In this document: piece by piece, positions 1 through 9,759 of the stretch
How positions within the stretch are numbered: the first letter of the stretch is position 1
How the letters are laid out: every line of letters begins with the position of its first letter
Source: Wenzhouxiangella sp.
GTDB lineage: Bacteria > Pseudomonadota > Gammaproteobacteria > Xanthomonadales > Wenzhouxiangellaceae
NCBI GenBank assembly: GCA_007128175.1
Contig: SKXY01000091.1
Span: forward strand, 1 to 46,886
Direction: 5' to 3'
Length of the DNA stretch: 46,886 nt
Notes under the pieces: model-generated
Seen by the model: the letters and a program-made list of their open reading frames with translations, nothing else
The model's database searches: none
Told to the model about the DNA's origin: nothing
Position numbers and translations under genes: made by a program

Positions 1-77
1 AGTCGGAGAGCAGCGACGAACAGGACGCCGGCTCGGACGATTCGGATGATGATGAACAGCAGAAGGCGGAGGCTTAA
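1..77 (+). CDS. rpsF: 30S ribosomal protein S6, C-terminal fragment (partial)
   Basis: Frame from nt 3 reads SESSDEQDAGSDDSDDDEQQKAEA* (TAA 75-77), an acidic tail ending 3 nt before rpsR. Identity inferred from the rpsF-rpsR-rplI order. Confidence 0.75.
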   Translation, partial: SESSDEQDAGSDDSDDDEQQKAEA

Positions 78-80
78 GCA

Positions 81-305
81 ATGGCACGTTTCATGAGACG
101 ACGCAAGTACTGCCGCTTTACCGCGGAGGGAATCGAGGAGATCGATTACAAGGATATCGACCTGCTCAAGGATTTTGTCGGCGAGACCGGCAAGGTCGTG
201 CCCAGCCGCATTACCGGCACCAAGGCCAAGTACCAGCGCCAGCTGGCCACAGCGATCAAGCGCGCCCGCTATCTGGCGCTGCTGCCGTACACCGATAACC
301 ATTGA
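81..305 (+). CDS. rpsR: 30S ribosomal protein S18
   Basis: RRRKYCRF...IDYKD...SRITGT...[19 protein letters not shown]. Confidence 0.98.
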   Translation: MARFMRRRKYCRFTAEGIEEIDYKDIDLLKDFVGETGKVVPSRITGTKAKYQRQLATAIKRARYLALLPYTDNH

Positions 306-321
306 AGACCGGGGTAACGTC

Positions 322-777
322 ATGAAGCTGATTCTTCTCGAGAACATCTACAACCTCGGCGATCTGGGCGATACCGTCACCGTGCGCCCAGGCTACGGTC
401 GCAACTTCCTGCTGCCGCGCGGCAAGGCCGTGCCGGCGACGAAGGCCAACATCGAAGCCTTCGAAGCCCGTCGCGAGGAACTGCAGCGCCACGCCCAGGA
501 CAAGCTGGCCGCCTCCGAAGCACGCCGTGAGGCCATCGACGGGATCGAAGAGGTGCTGTTTTCCGTTCCGGTCAGCCCGGAAGGTCGACTGTACGGCTCG
601 ATCAATCCCAACGAGATTGCTGGCAAGCTCACCGAGATGGGTTTTGCAGTGGAAAAGGCCGAGGTCGACATGCCCGAAGGCCCGATTCGCGAGCCAGGCG
701 AGTTCACGGTCGGTCTTATCCTGCATGCCGACGTGCAGACCGAGGTCAAGATCAAGGTCATCGCCGCAGAAGGCTGA
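322..777 (+). CDS. rplI: 50S ribosomal protein L9
   Basis: Start moved to ATG 322 (MKLILLENIYNLGDLGD..VRPGYGRNFLLP); C-terminal GRLYGSI motif. Confidence 0.97.
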   Translation: MKLILLENIYNLGDLGDTVTVRPGYGRNFLLPRGKAVPATKANIEAFEARREELQRHAQDKLAASEARREAIDGIEEVLFSVPVSPEGRLYGSINPNEIAGKLTEMGFAVEKAEVDMPEGPIREPGEFTVGLILHADVQTEVKIKVIAAEG

Positions 778-832
778 CTTTCGGAGACGGGTTCCGCTGC
801 CCGTCACCTTCTGGCTGTTTGCTGGAGAATAT

Positions 833-866
833 CGATGGCCCGGGGCTTCCCGGGCCATCGTTTTTT
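833..866 (+). terminator. Rho-independent terminator after rplI
   Basis: 12-bp stem CGATGGCCCGGG/CCCGGGCCATCG, 4-nt loop, followed by TTTTTT. Confidence 0.85.
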
Positions 867-986
867 AACGGGGGGCAGATGAATTGATGAGCCCGTGAGT
901 TGCCCGTTTCCGATGGCCAAGTTCGGCTCATCTGGGTTAGACTGGTCGGCCTTCCCTGCAACTTGCGATGTTGGTATTTTCCTGAA

Positions 987-2360
987 GTGGCTGAACCAAG
1001 AATTTCGACACTGACCAACGTCAAGGCGCCGCCTCACTCCAACGAGGCAGAGCAATCGCTTCTGGGCGCGCTGATGCTTTCGGCCAACGCCTGGGACAAG
1101 ATCGCGGATCAGATCGATGAAGCCGATTTTTACCGCGAGACTCACCGTCTCATCTATCGAGCCATTTCCGAACTGGGCCAGCAGGGCCAGCCCTGTGACG
1201 CCATTACCGTGAATGAGTGGTTTTCTCGCCACGGAATGCTCGATCGGGTCGATGCCGGGGCCTACCTGACCATGCTGGCCAATGAGACTCCGGGCCCGGC
1301 CAACGTGGTTGGTTATGCGCAGATCATTCGCGAGAAATCCATCCTCCGTCAACTGATCGAGATTGGCGCCGATATCGCCGATACGGCCCTCAATACCGCG
1401 GGACGCAGCAGCAAGGAAGTGCTGGAGGAGGCCGAGCAGCGAATCTACGCCATTGCCGACCAGGGTGCGCACCGGACCTCCGGGTACGTCACGATCCAGC
1501 AAGTCATGGCCGAGGCGATGAACGTGCTCAACGACCTTCAGGAGAACGAGGGTGAGTTGACCGGCGTGCCGACCGGGTTTACCGATCTCGACCATCACAC
1601 CTCGGGTCTGCAGAAGACCGACCTGGTCATCGTCGCCGGTCGTCCCTCCATGGGTAAGACCAGTTTTGCGATGAATATCGCTGAACGTGCAGCCATCCGG
1701 CACAAGGTGCCCGTTGCGATCTTCTCCATGGAAATGTCGGACGTGCAGCTGGTGATGCGCCTGTTCTCATCGCTTGGCCAGATCGACCAGAACCGCTTGC
1801 GTACCGGCAAGCTCGAAGGTCACGACTGGGTCAACCTGCGCTCGGCGATGAGCATGCTGAAAGGGGCCGGCATCTTCATCGACCAGACACCGTCGCTGTC
1901 GCCGACCGATATGCGGGCGCGCGCACGGCGAATGAAGCGTGAGCACAATATCGGCCTGATCGTGGTCGATTACTTGCAGCTGATGAAAGCACCGGGGCTG
2001 TCGGAGAACCGTACCAACGAGATCAGCGAGATCTCCCGCAGCCTCAAGGCGCTTGCCAAGGAGCTTGACTTGCCGGTCATCGCGCTGTCGCAGCTCAATC
2101 GTGCGCTGGAGCAACGCCCGGACAAGCGCCCCAAGATGGCCGACCTGCGCGAGTCCGGAGCCATCGAGCAGGATGCCGACCTGATCCTGTTCATCTACCG
2201 CGACGAGGTTTACAACGAGGACTCGCCGGACAAGGGTAAGGCCGAAATTATCATCGGCAAGCACCGTAACGGTGCAACCGGAAAGGTCGACCTGGCCTTC
2301 CAGGGAGAGTACGTGAGGTTCCGCGATTTCACCTACGATCACTACCGCCAGGATGACTGA
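987..2360 (+). CDS. dnaB: Replicative DNA helicase
   Basis: PPHSNEAEQSLLGALM, Walker A GRPSMGKT, VDYLQLM, SQLNR, DLRESGAIEQDAD. Probable GTG start at 987. Confidence 0.97.
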   Translation: MAEPRISTLTNVKAPPHSNEAEQSLLGALMLSANAWDKIADQIDEADFYRETHRLIYRAISELGQQGQPCDAITVNEWFSRHGMLDRVDAGAYLTMLANETPGPANVVGYAQIIREKSILRQLIEIGADIADTALNTAGRSSKEVLEEAEQRIYAIADQGAHRTSGYVTIQQVMAEAMNVLNDLQENEGELTGVPTGFTDLDHHTSGLQKTDLVIVAGRPSMGKTSFAMNIAERAAIRHKVPVAIFSMEMSDVQLVMRLFSSLGQIDQNRLRTGKLEGHDWVNLRSAMSMLKGAGIFIDQTPSLSPTDMRARARRMKREHNIGLIVVDYLQLMKAPGLSENRTNEISEISRSLKALAKELDLPVIALSQLNRALEQRPDKRPKMADLRESGAIEQDADLILFIYRDEVYNEDSPDKGKAEIIIGKHRNGATGKVDLAFQGEYVRFRDFTYDHYRQDD

Positions 2361-2389
2361 TCAGGGGCTGCAGGGCCGCTAACTCCGCC

Positions 2390-3493
2390 ATGGCACGCAA
2401 TACCATTGCCCGTATCCATCCGGATGCCGTTGCCCACAATCTTCGCCAGGTTCGCGAACGCGCGCCAGGCAGCCGGGTGATGGCTGTGGTGAAAGCCGAT
2501 GCGTACGGCCACCGTATCGATCTGTGCCTGCCGGCCCTCGCCGGTGCCGACATGCTGGCAGTAGCGACCATTGAAGAAGCGCGGGCCATTCGACGGCTGG
2601 GAAATGGTTTGCCGGTACTGCTGCTTGAGGGTGTGACCGATCCCGGCGACCTCGCCGTTGCCTCGGAGCTCGGGCTCGAGTTGACCGTGCACCACCGCAA
2701 CCAGATGGAGGCTTTGGGACGGTTTGGTCGCCAGGTGACGCCGCGGGTCTGGCTCAAGGTCGACTCCGGTATGCATCGGCTGGGTGTGGATCAGGCCGAA
2801 GCGGCTGAACTCCATCACCGCCTTTTGCAGTTGCCCGGGGTGGAGCGGGTCAACCTGATGAGTCACCTGGCGTGCGCCGAGCAGACCGGTCACCCCCTCA
2901 ACACGCTCCAGCTGGAGCGTTTCGACTCGACCGTATTCGGTCTCGAGGGTGAGCACTGTCTGGCCAATTCGGCAGCCATCTTCGGCTGGCCCGCGATACA
3001 CCGGGACTGGGTGCGTGCCGGTATCGTGCTGTACGGCATCTCGCCCATGGAAGTCGGGAGCGGATCCGATCTTGGCCTTAGGCCGGCGATGACGCTGACT
3101 TCGGAGCTTTTGGCGGTCAACCGCGTGCCGGCCGGCGAATGTATCGGTTACGGCGGCCGTTTCGTTACGCCCGATGACATGCTGATCGGAGTGGCGGCAA
3201 TCGGCTACGGCGACGGCTATCCTCGGTCCATGGCCGACGGCGCACCGGTGCTGGTCAATGGCCGTCGTTGCCGGCTGGCCGGGCGCGTGTCGATGGACAT
3301 GATCACTATCGATCTGGCCGACTGCCCGGATGCGAAAATCGGCGATCCTGTGGTGTTGTGGGGCAATGACCTGCCGATCGAAGAGGTGGCCCGTTCGGCC
3401 GGCACCATTCCCTACGAGCTGGTCTGTCGTATCACCCGTCGCGTGCGTTACAGGGCACAGTCTGCGCGGCATGCCCCCGGTAAGGTAAAATAG
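2390..3493 (+). CDS. alr: Alanine racemase
   Basis: AVVKADAYGH (PLP lysine), KVDSGMHRLG, GYGDGYPR, GRVSMDM. Confidence 0.96.
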   Translation: MARNTIARIHPDAVAHNLRQVRERAPGSRVMAVVKADAYGHRIDLCLPALAGADMLAVATIEEARAIRRLGNGLPVLLLEGVTDPGDLAVASELGLELTVHHRNQMEALGRFGRQVTPRVWLKVDSGMHRLGVDQAEAAELHHRLLQLPGVERVNLMSHLACAEQTGHPLNTLQLERFDSTVFGLEGEHCLANSAAIFGWPAIHRDWVRAGIVLYGISPMEVGSGSDLGLRPAMTLTSELLAVNRVPAGECIGYGGRFVTPDDMLIGVAAIGYGDGYPRSMADGAPVLVNGRRCRLAGRVSMDMITIDLADCPDAKIGDPVVLWGNDLPIEEVARSAGTIPYELVCRITRRVRYRAQSARHAPGKVK

Positions 3494-3520
3494 CCGGTCT
3501 TTCAACCGGTTCAGGAATAC

Positions 3521-4864
3521 ATGGCGGGCAAGCTCTACATTCAGACCCACGGCTGCCAGATGAACGAGTACGACTCGGAGAAAATGGCCGACGTGCTCGC
3601 CCATTCGCACGGCCTGGAACTGACTGATCGGCCCGAGGAGGCCGACGTCATTCTGGTCAATACCTGCTCCATTCGCGAGAAGGCCCAGGAGAAGGTGTTC
3701 TCGCAGCTTGGTCGCTGGCGCCCCCTCAAGGAGGCGCGGCCGGAAGTCGTCATCGGCGTGGCCGGTTGCGTGGCCAGCCAGGAAGGCGAGGGCATTGTGC
3801 GTCGAGCGCCTTACGTTGACATGGTGTTCGGCCCGCAGACCATTCACCGCCTGCCGAAACTGCTCGAGCAGGCACGCGCCGGCGGCGACTCGGCCATCGA
3901 TATCAGCTTTCCGGAAATCGAGAAGTTCGATCATTTGCCGAGTCCGGGTGCAAAAGGTGCCACGGCCTTCGTCTCTATCATGGAGGGCTGTTCGAAGTAC
4001 TGCTCGTTCTGCGTGGTGCCCTACACCCGCGGCGAGGAGGTCAGCCGTCCGCTGGACGACGTGATAGCCGAAGTCGCGGAACTGGCCGGGCAGGGCGTTT
4101 GCGAGATCAACCTGCTGGGTCAGAACGTCAACGCCTACCGCGGGCCGATGCACGACGGTGGTACCGCCGACCTGGCCCTGCTCATTCGCTATGTCTCGCA
4201 TATCGAGGGCATCGAGCGCATCCGCTTTACCACTTCCCACCCGGTCGAGTTTACCGACAGCCTGGTCGAGGTCTTCGCCGAGGTGCCGCAACTGGCCAAC
4301 TACCTGCACCTGCCGGTGCAGTCGGGGTCGGACCGCGTGCTGTCGCTGATGAAGCGAGGGCATACCATTCTCGAGTACAAGCAGAAGATTCGGCGCCTGC
4401 GCAAGGTCCGGCCGGATATCGCGCTGAGCTCCGATTTCATCGTCGGTTTCCCAGGCGAGACAGAACATGATTTCCAGCAGACGCTGGATCTGGTGCGAGA
4501 ACTGGAGTTCGATCAGAGCTTCAGCTTCATCTACTCGGCGCGCCCCGGCACCCCGGCGGCCTCCTTCCCCGACAATGTCTCGCTGGAGGAGAAGAAGGAT
4601 CGACTCAAGCGCCTTCAGGACCAGCTCAACCGGCAGGCAAAGGCCTATGCCGAAGCGATGGTCGGCACCACCCAGCGGGTGGTGGTCGAGGGGGCGAGCA
4701 AAAAAGACAGCGGCGAGCTGGCCGGCCGCACCGAGAACAACCGGGTCGTCAATTTCCCCGGTCCCCCAGAACTCATCGGTCGCATGACCGAGGTGACCAT
4801 CACCGCCGCACTGGCCAACTCCCTGCGCGGGCGAGTTGCAACCTCCGATACGGCGGCGGCCTGA
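3521..4864 (+). CDS. miaB: tRNA-i6A37 methylthiotransferase
   Basis: [20 protein letters not shown], radical-SAM CSKYCSFC, C-terminal TRAM domain. Confidence 0.97.
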   Translation: MAGKLYIQTHGCQMNEYDSEKMADVLAHSHGLELTDRPEEADVILVNTCSIREKAQEKVFSQLGRWRPLKEARPEVVIGVAGCVASQEGEGIVRRAPYVDMVFGPQTIHRLPKLLEQARAGGDSAIDISFPEIEKFDHLPSPGAKGATAFVSIMEGCSKYCSFCVVPYTRGEEVSRPLDDVIAEVAELAGQGVCEINLLGQNVNAYRGPMHDGGTADLALLIRYVSHIEGIERIRFTTSHPVEFTDSLVEVFAEVPQLANYLHLPVQSGSDRVLSLMKRGHTILEYKQKIRRLRKVRPDIALSSDFIVGFPGETEHDFQQTLDLVRELEFDQSFSFIYSARPGTPAASFPDNVSLEEKKDRLKRLQDQLNRQAKAYAEAMVGTTQRVVVEGASKKDSGELAGRTENNRVVNFPGPPELIGRMTEVTITAALANSLRGRVATSDTAAA

Positions 4865-5830
4865 ATGAGTACTGCATCAGCAACGGCGGTTACCCTGGAA
4901 CTCGAACCGATCGACAACGAACGCCTGGCCAATCTCTGCGGACATCTGGATGACCACCTGCGCCTGATCGAGCGGCGACTGGGTGTGTCCATCGCGGCAC
5001 GCGGCAATCTGTTCAGCGTCGAGGGCGAGGCGGACGCCACCCAGGCAGCCCGGCGCGTACTGCGCCAGCTCTACCGCCAGGCCGAATCCGAAGTACTGAC
5101 TCCGGCGACCGTCAACCTGCACCTGCAGCAGTCCGGACTGGACGAGCCGGAAACCGAGGAAGTAGAGGTTGGCATCCGCACCCGGCGCGGCATGATCCGC
5201 GGGCGCGGCCCCAACCAGCGCCGCTATCTTCAGCGGATTGCCGATTGTGATGTCAATTTCGGGGTCGGTCCCGCCGGCACCGGCAAGACGTTCCTGGCGG
5301 TTGCCTGCGCGGTAGATGCGCTGGAATCGGACCGTGTTCAGCGCATCGTGCTGGTGCGTCCGGCCGTCGAGGCCGGCGAGCGCCTGGGGTTTCTGCCCGG
5401 CGACCTGGCCCAGAAGGTCGATCCCTACCTGCGGCCCTTGCACGATGCACTCTACGAGATGCTCGGATTCGAAAAGGCCGCCCGACTGACCGAGCGCAAC
5501 GTCATCGAGGTCGCACCTCTGGCCTACATGCGCGGGCGCACGCTCAACGACGCCTTCGTCATTCTCGACGAGGCTCAGAACACCACCTCCGAGCAGATGA
5601 AGATGTTTCTGACCCGTATCGGCTTCGGATCCAAGGCGGTGATTACCGGCGACATGACCCAGATCGACCTGCCGCCCAAGGTCAGTTCCGGGCTGCGCCA
5701 GGCCATCGAGCTGCTCAAGGATGTCGAGGGCGTGAGCCAGACGTTTTTCGATGCACGCGACGTGGTGCGCCACCCCATCGTCCGACGCATTGTCGAGGCC
5801 TACGAACGAGCCGATGAACAGAAGCGCTGA
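4865..5830 (+). CDS. ybeZ: PhoH-family ATPase (YbeZ)
   Basis: [37 protein letters not shown]; miaB-ybeZYX synteny. Confidence 0.95.
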   Translation: MSTASATAVTLELEPIDNERLANLCGHLDDHLRLIERRLGVSIAARGNLFSVEGEADATQAARRVLRQLYRQAESEVLTPATVNLHLQQSGLDEPETEEVEVGIRTRRGMIRGRGPNQRRYLQRIADCDVNFGVGPAGTGKTFLAVACAVDALESDRVQRIVLVRPAVEAGERLGFLPGDLAQKVDPYLRPLHDALYEMLGFEKAARLTERNVIEVAPLAYMRGRTLNDAFVILDEAQNTTSEQMKMFLTRIGFGSKAVITGDMTQIDLPPKVSSGLRQAIELLKDVEGVSQTFFDARDVVRHPIVRRIVEAYERADEQKR

Positions 5831-6293
5831 AGCCGTAATCGAGCGCCTGGTCATCCAGCGCGCGAGCGAGCGCGACGATCTGCCCGGCGACGAACTATTC
5901 GAGCGATGGGTGGATGCGGTACTTGCAGATCAACCGCACGCCTCGCTGGTCGTGCGCCTGGTCGACGAAGCGGAGGGTCGCGAACTCAACAGGACATGGC
6001 GGCAGCGCGATTATGCGACCAATGTGCTCAGTTTCCCGGCCAGTCTTCCGGAGGGTACGGGACTGCAGTTCCTCGGTGACATCGTGCTTTGTGCGCCGGT
6101 CATTGCCCGAGAGGCGGCGGAGCAGGGCGAACCGCCGGAGTCTCACTGGGCCCATCTGGTGATTCACGGCATCTTGCATCTGCTCGGATTCGACCATATT
6201 ACTGCCGACCAGGCGGTCGAGATGGAGTCGCGCGAGATTGAATTGCTGCGTACACTGGACATCGCCAATCCGTATCATGCCGATGAAGACTGA
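5814..6293 (+). CDS. ybeY: rRNA maturation endoribonuclease YbeY
   Basis: DYATNVLSFP, LGDIVLC, HGILHLLGFDH metal motif; start at ATG 5814 overlapping the end of ybeZ. Confidence 0.95.
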   Translation: MNRSAEAVIERLVIQRASERDDLPGDELFERWVDAVLADQPHASLVVRLVDEAEGRELNRTWRQRDYATNVLSFPASLPEGTGLQFLGDIVLCAPVIAREAAEQGEPPESHWAHLVIHGILHLLGFDHITADQAVEMESREIELLRTLDIANPYHADED

Positions 6294-6353
6294 TCGCTGT
6301 TTCACATGCATGGATTGCGGCGGGGATTTCTGCCGTGATCGTGCCGAGAGTTC

Positions 6354-7193
6354 ATGAACGACGACACATCAGACAGTAGCAGTTCCTCATCCCGGGGCTG
6401 GCTGGAACGCCTGGGTCGCGCATTCGGTGGCGAGCCGCGCAGTCGCGAGGACCTGGTGGAGTTGTTGCGCGATGTGGCCGATCACGGCCTGATCGAGGGC
6501 GACACGCTGGCCATGCTCGAAGGGGCGCTTGAAGTCGATGAGCTGCAGGTGCGCGATGTGATGATCCCGCGCTCCCACATGGTGGTGATCCCGGCCGGCT
6601 CATCGCTGACCGATATCCTTCCGATTATCATCGAGTCCGGGCATTCGCGCTTTCCGGTCGTCGGCGAGGACCGTGACGAGGTCAATGGCATCCTGCTGGC
6701 CAAGGACCTGCTCAAGCTGGTAGCCGACGGTGAAGATATCGAGTTGTCGGATCTTGTCCGTCCCCCCGTCATCATTCCCGAATCGAAGCGACTCAACGTG
6801 TTGTTGCGCGAATTTCGCGTCAGCAAGAACCACATGGCGATCGTCGTCGATGAGTACGGCGGCGTCTCGGGTCTGGTAACCATAGAGGATGTCCTCGAGG
6901 AAATCGTCGGTGACATCGATGACGAGCACGACGCCGATGCCGTGGCCGACGTGCAGCGGCTGGAAGAGGGCAAGTTCCTGGTACAGGCGCTGACACCGAT
7001 CGACGACTTCAACGGTGCGCTGGATACCGATTACAGCGACGACGAGTACGACACCATTGGTGGCCTTGTTGTTGCCGAGTTCGGTCGCCTGCCGGAAGCT
7101 GGCGAGTCGGTCGAGATAGGTGAATGGACTTTCGTCGTCGCCAGTGCGGATGATCGTCGCCTGCATGCCATGGAAGTATTCCGCACCCCCTGA
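6354..7193 (+). CDS. corC: CBS/CorC-HlyC domain Mg2+/Co2+ homeostasis protein
   Basis: VRDVMIPRS, SGHSRFPV, VVDEYGGVSGLVTIEDVLEEIVGDI, YDTIGG. Confidence 0.95.
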   Translation: MNDDTSDSSSSSSRGWLERLGRAFGGEPRSREDLVELLRDVADHGLIEGDTLAMLEGALEVDELQVRDVMIPRSHMVVIPAGSSLTDILPIIIESGHSRFPVVGEDRDEVNGILLAKDLLKLVADGEDIELSDLVRPPVIIPESKRLNVLLREFRVSKNHMAIVVDEYGGVSGLVTIEDVLEEIVGDIDDEHDADAVADVQRLEEGKFLVQALTPIDDFNGALDTDYSDDEYDTIGGLVVAEFGRLPEAGESVEIGEWTFVVASADDRRLHAMEVFRTP

Positions 7194-7250
7194 TCACCGC
7201 CGTCGCCGAAAGTGCCGAAGCGGATATCGGGGACAGGGCGTCGGGAGCCT

Positions 7251-8021
7251 CTATCCGTCCTGATTGCCGTTGACGAACCGTGCCGCCCACGCAGCAATGA
7301 TGGCCGCGGCCCAGTGAGCATCGGCCGGGTCGCTCAGCAGGTGGTCAGCGTCATCCAGACTGATGAAACTTCTTGGATGTTTCGCGGCGCTGAATATCCG
7401 CTGGGCATGGTCGATGGAGACGACGCGATCGACGGGTGAATGCATGACCAGCAGGGACCGCCCGAGTTGGCGCAGGCGCTCTCCCAGATCGTGATTGCGT
7501 GCATCCTCGATGAAATCACGCCGAATACGGAATCGGCGCCCGGCCAGTTCCACTTCGGCCGAGCCCTCCTGCATGATCTCGTCGACCCGATCGTCAAAAT
7601 GCCGGATCACGTTGTCGGGTGTGGAAGGCGCACCGATAGTGGCGACGGCCCGGACCGAATCGATGCGTTCGGTCACTGCCAGGCAGGCGGCCCCGCCGAG
7701 TGAGTGCCCCACCAGCAACTGTGGAGGCGCCAGCTCCTTTGCCAGCCATGAGGCCGCGTCTTCCAGATCGTCCAGGTTGCTGGAGAAGTGGGTGTCGGCA
7801 AAATCACCCTCGCTCTCGCCCAGGCCGGTGAAATCAAAGCGAAGTACGGCGAAACCGGCATCGGCCAGGCGAGCGGTGATCTCGCGTGCCGCGCGGATGT
7901 CGCGCCCGCAAGTGAAGCAGTGGGCGAATACGGCGCTGGCCCGAGGCTTGTCCCGGGTCGACATTTCCAGGTTGCCGATCAGCCGTACACCGGCGCGGTT
8001 TTCGAATTGAACTCGTGACAT
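7251..8021 (-). CDS. Alpha/beta hydrolase (like the N-terminal part of hydrolase/OsmC bifunctional proteins, without the OsmC domain)
   Basis: FAHCFTC, LRFDFTGLGESEG, nucleophile GHSLGG, HSPVD, ADHLL. Confidence 0.85.
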   Translation of the reverse strand: MSRVQFENRAGVRLIGNLEMSTRDKPRASAVFAHCFTCGRDIRAAREITARLADAGFAVLRFDFTGLGESEGDFADTHFSSNLDDLEDAASWLAKELAPPQLLVGHSLGGAACLAVTERIDSVRAVATIGAPSTPDNVIRHFDDRVDEIMQEGSAEVELAGRRFRIRRDFIEDARNHDLGERLRQLGRSLLVMHSPVDRVVSIDHAQRIFSAAKHPRSFISLDDADHLLSDPADAHWAAAIIAAWAARFVNGNQDG

Positions 8022-8115
8022 GTTGATCGGGTTTTCATCGAGAAGGAGGTGCCAAAGTCCAGTATGCCGCGGAATTGGGTACCATGCGCTACGTATTCTT
8101 CCCGGATTCCTGTTG

Positions 8116-9282
8116 ATGAAGTTGCTGTTGCCGATATTGCTGGCGCTGTTGGCATTTGTGCCGACCGATGCGGATGCCCAGGAGGCCTGGCTGGTTACCT
8201 ACGGCCCGGGCGAGGAGGTCTGGGAGCGATTCGGTCACAACGCGCTGTGGCTGGTCGATGAAGAAGCCGGTCTGGATCATGCATTCAGCTTTGGCTACTT
8301 CGAGATGGATCGTGCCGGCTTCTACTTCGATTTCGCCCGCGGCATCATGCGCTATTTCGGCTCCGCGTCGACGTCGGCACGGGAATTCGAGTTCTACCGG
8401 GGGCGCGACCGTTCCATTACCGCCCAACGGCTCGATCTGACGCCAGCTCAGATCCGCTGGCTGCATCGCTTGCTCAACGAGGCCATTTTCCCGGTCCCCC
8501 AATACTACGATTACGACTACTATTTCGCCAACTGTTCAACCTGGTTGCGGGATCTGCTTGATGAGGTGACGGCGGGATCACTTGCCGAGACGATGCAGCA
8601 GCGTCCGGCGCGGCAGAACCTCCGCGAGCACACCAGCCGGCTTAATTTGCAACGTCCGTGGCTGCATGCCGGGCTGATGACCTTGCTGGGCCCGGAGATC
8701 GACCGTGAGCGTACGGCCTGGGAAGAAGCCTTTTTGCTCGATGCGCTGGCCTACTGGGTTGGCAACATCGAACTGGAAGGGCGACCTCTCGTGTCCGAGA
8801 CTCGGGTGATCCACGAACCCGCGGTTCACCAGCCCCCGGAAAGTGATACGATCCTGTGGTGGTTCTATCTTCTCCTTGGCGTGGTCGGGAGTGCACTGGT
8901 TCTGCTGCCGTTGTGGCTTGGGCAGGGGGCATGGACATTGCTCCCCTGGCGATTGGCCGTGATTGCGTACGGGATGAGCGGCACGTTGATACTGGCGATG
9001 TGGCTCGGCACCGCTCATTACCCGGTGGCGGGCAACCTGATGTTGTTCATTCTCCACCCGCTTTGGCTGCTTTTGCTGTTGCCACTGGGCCATACGGCAC
9101 GGGTCACTGTCTGGTGGCTGTTGAGTGCGGCGTTGGTGGCCGGCATTGTGTTGCTGGCAGTCCCGGATGGCCCGCAATACCGGGCTGATCTGCTGCTCTG
9201 GCTGGCACCCCTGGCGCTTGCGATGCTGTGGGTGAGCAGGCGCATTCGAGCGCCCCGTCCTGGGGCCAATCCCGCCATCTGA
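8116..9282 (+). CDS. DUF4105 / Lnb-family membrane protein, putative lipoprotein N-acyltransferase
   Basis: Signal peptide MKLLLPILLALLAFVPTDADA; LVTYGPGEEVWERFGHNA and YDYYFANCSTWLRD motifs; about 5 C-terminal hydrophobic helices; start moved to ATG 8116. Confidence 0.8.
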   Translation: MKLLLPILLALLAFVPTDADAQEAWLVTYGPGEEVWERFGHNALWLVDEEAGLDHAFSFGYFEMDRAGFYFDFARGIMRYFGSASTSAREFEFYRGRDRSITAQRLDLTPAQIRWLHRLLNEAIFPVPQYYDYDYYFANCSTWLRDLLDEVTAGSLAETMQQRPARQNLREHTSRLNLQRPWLHAGLMTLLGPEIDRERTAWEEAFLLDALAYWVGNIELEGRPLVSETRVIHEPAVHQPPESDTILWWFYLLLGVVGSALVLLPLWLGQGAWTLLPWRLAVIAYGMSGTLILAMWLGTAHYPVAGNLMLFILHPLWLLLLLPLGHTARVTVWWLLSAALVAGIVLLAVPDGPQYRADLLLWLAPLALAMLWVSRRIRAPRPGANPAI

Positions 9283-9369
9283 CGGTTTTCGCGACGATCG
9301 GCTCGCTGGCGTCGGCACTGCGTTTCCAATACACTGACAGCACGGGGGGTAATCTGCAGGAGGCCTGCC

Positions 9370-9759
9370 ATGATGCAGCACAAGATCGTTGCCCGGTTTC
9401 TCGACGGACGAGTACTCAAGGGCGTGACGTTCAACTTCAGACCGGAGCGCCGGACCTTCCACTTGCAACTCGACGAGTCCGGAGAGCAGGTCGAAGTGAA
9501 TGTTGACGAACTCAAGAGTGTTTTCTTCGTTAAGGATCTGACCGGCAACAAGGAATACACCGAGCGCCAGGATGTTGAACGCCGAGGCTATGGTCGTCGT
9601 CTTGAAGTGAAGTTCGTCGACGGCGAGTCCATCGTCGGCTACACCCAGGGCTACTCCCCCGATCGCCCCGGTTTCTTCATGGCGCCAGCCGACCCTGACA
9701 GCAACAACGACCGCATCTACGTGGTAAGGGAATCGACCGAGGCGGTCAACCTGCTCTAG
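9370..9759 (+). CDS. Small hypothetical protein with two Sm/LSm-like repeats (DUF6982-like)
   Basis: AGGAGG upstream; KIVARFLDGRVLKG and RLEVKFVDGESIVG repeats; LKSVFFVKD and GFFMAPADPDSNN motifs. Confidence 0.75.
   Translation: MMQHKIVARFLDGRVLKGVTFNFRPERRTFHLQLDESGEQVEVNVDELKSVFFVKDLTGNKEYTERQDVERRGYGRRLEVKFVDGESIVGYTQGYSPDRPGFFMAPADPDSNNDRIYVVRESTEAVNLL

Noticed and set aside
175-321. N-terminal extensions in the ORF track (rplI, dnaB, hemA, hflD, mnmA, aceB and others)
   Set aside because: Homology and RBS positions point to downstream starts, and several extensions overlap neighbouring genes.
2342-4468. 708-aa minus-strand ORF, and similar long shadow ORFs (23629-25302, 36088-37536, 18939-20168, 4877-5854)
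   Set aside because: They are antisense to well-supported genes, have no recognisable motifs, and are expected from high-GC codon bias.
7194-7250. lnt pseudogene remnant after corC
   Set aside because: Only 57 bp with no recognisable Lnt sequence.
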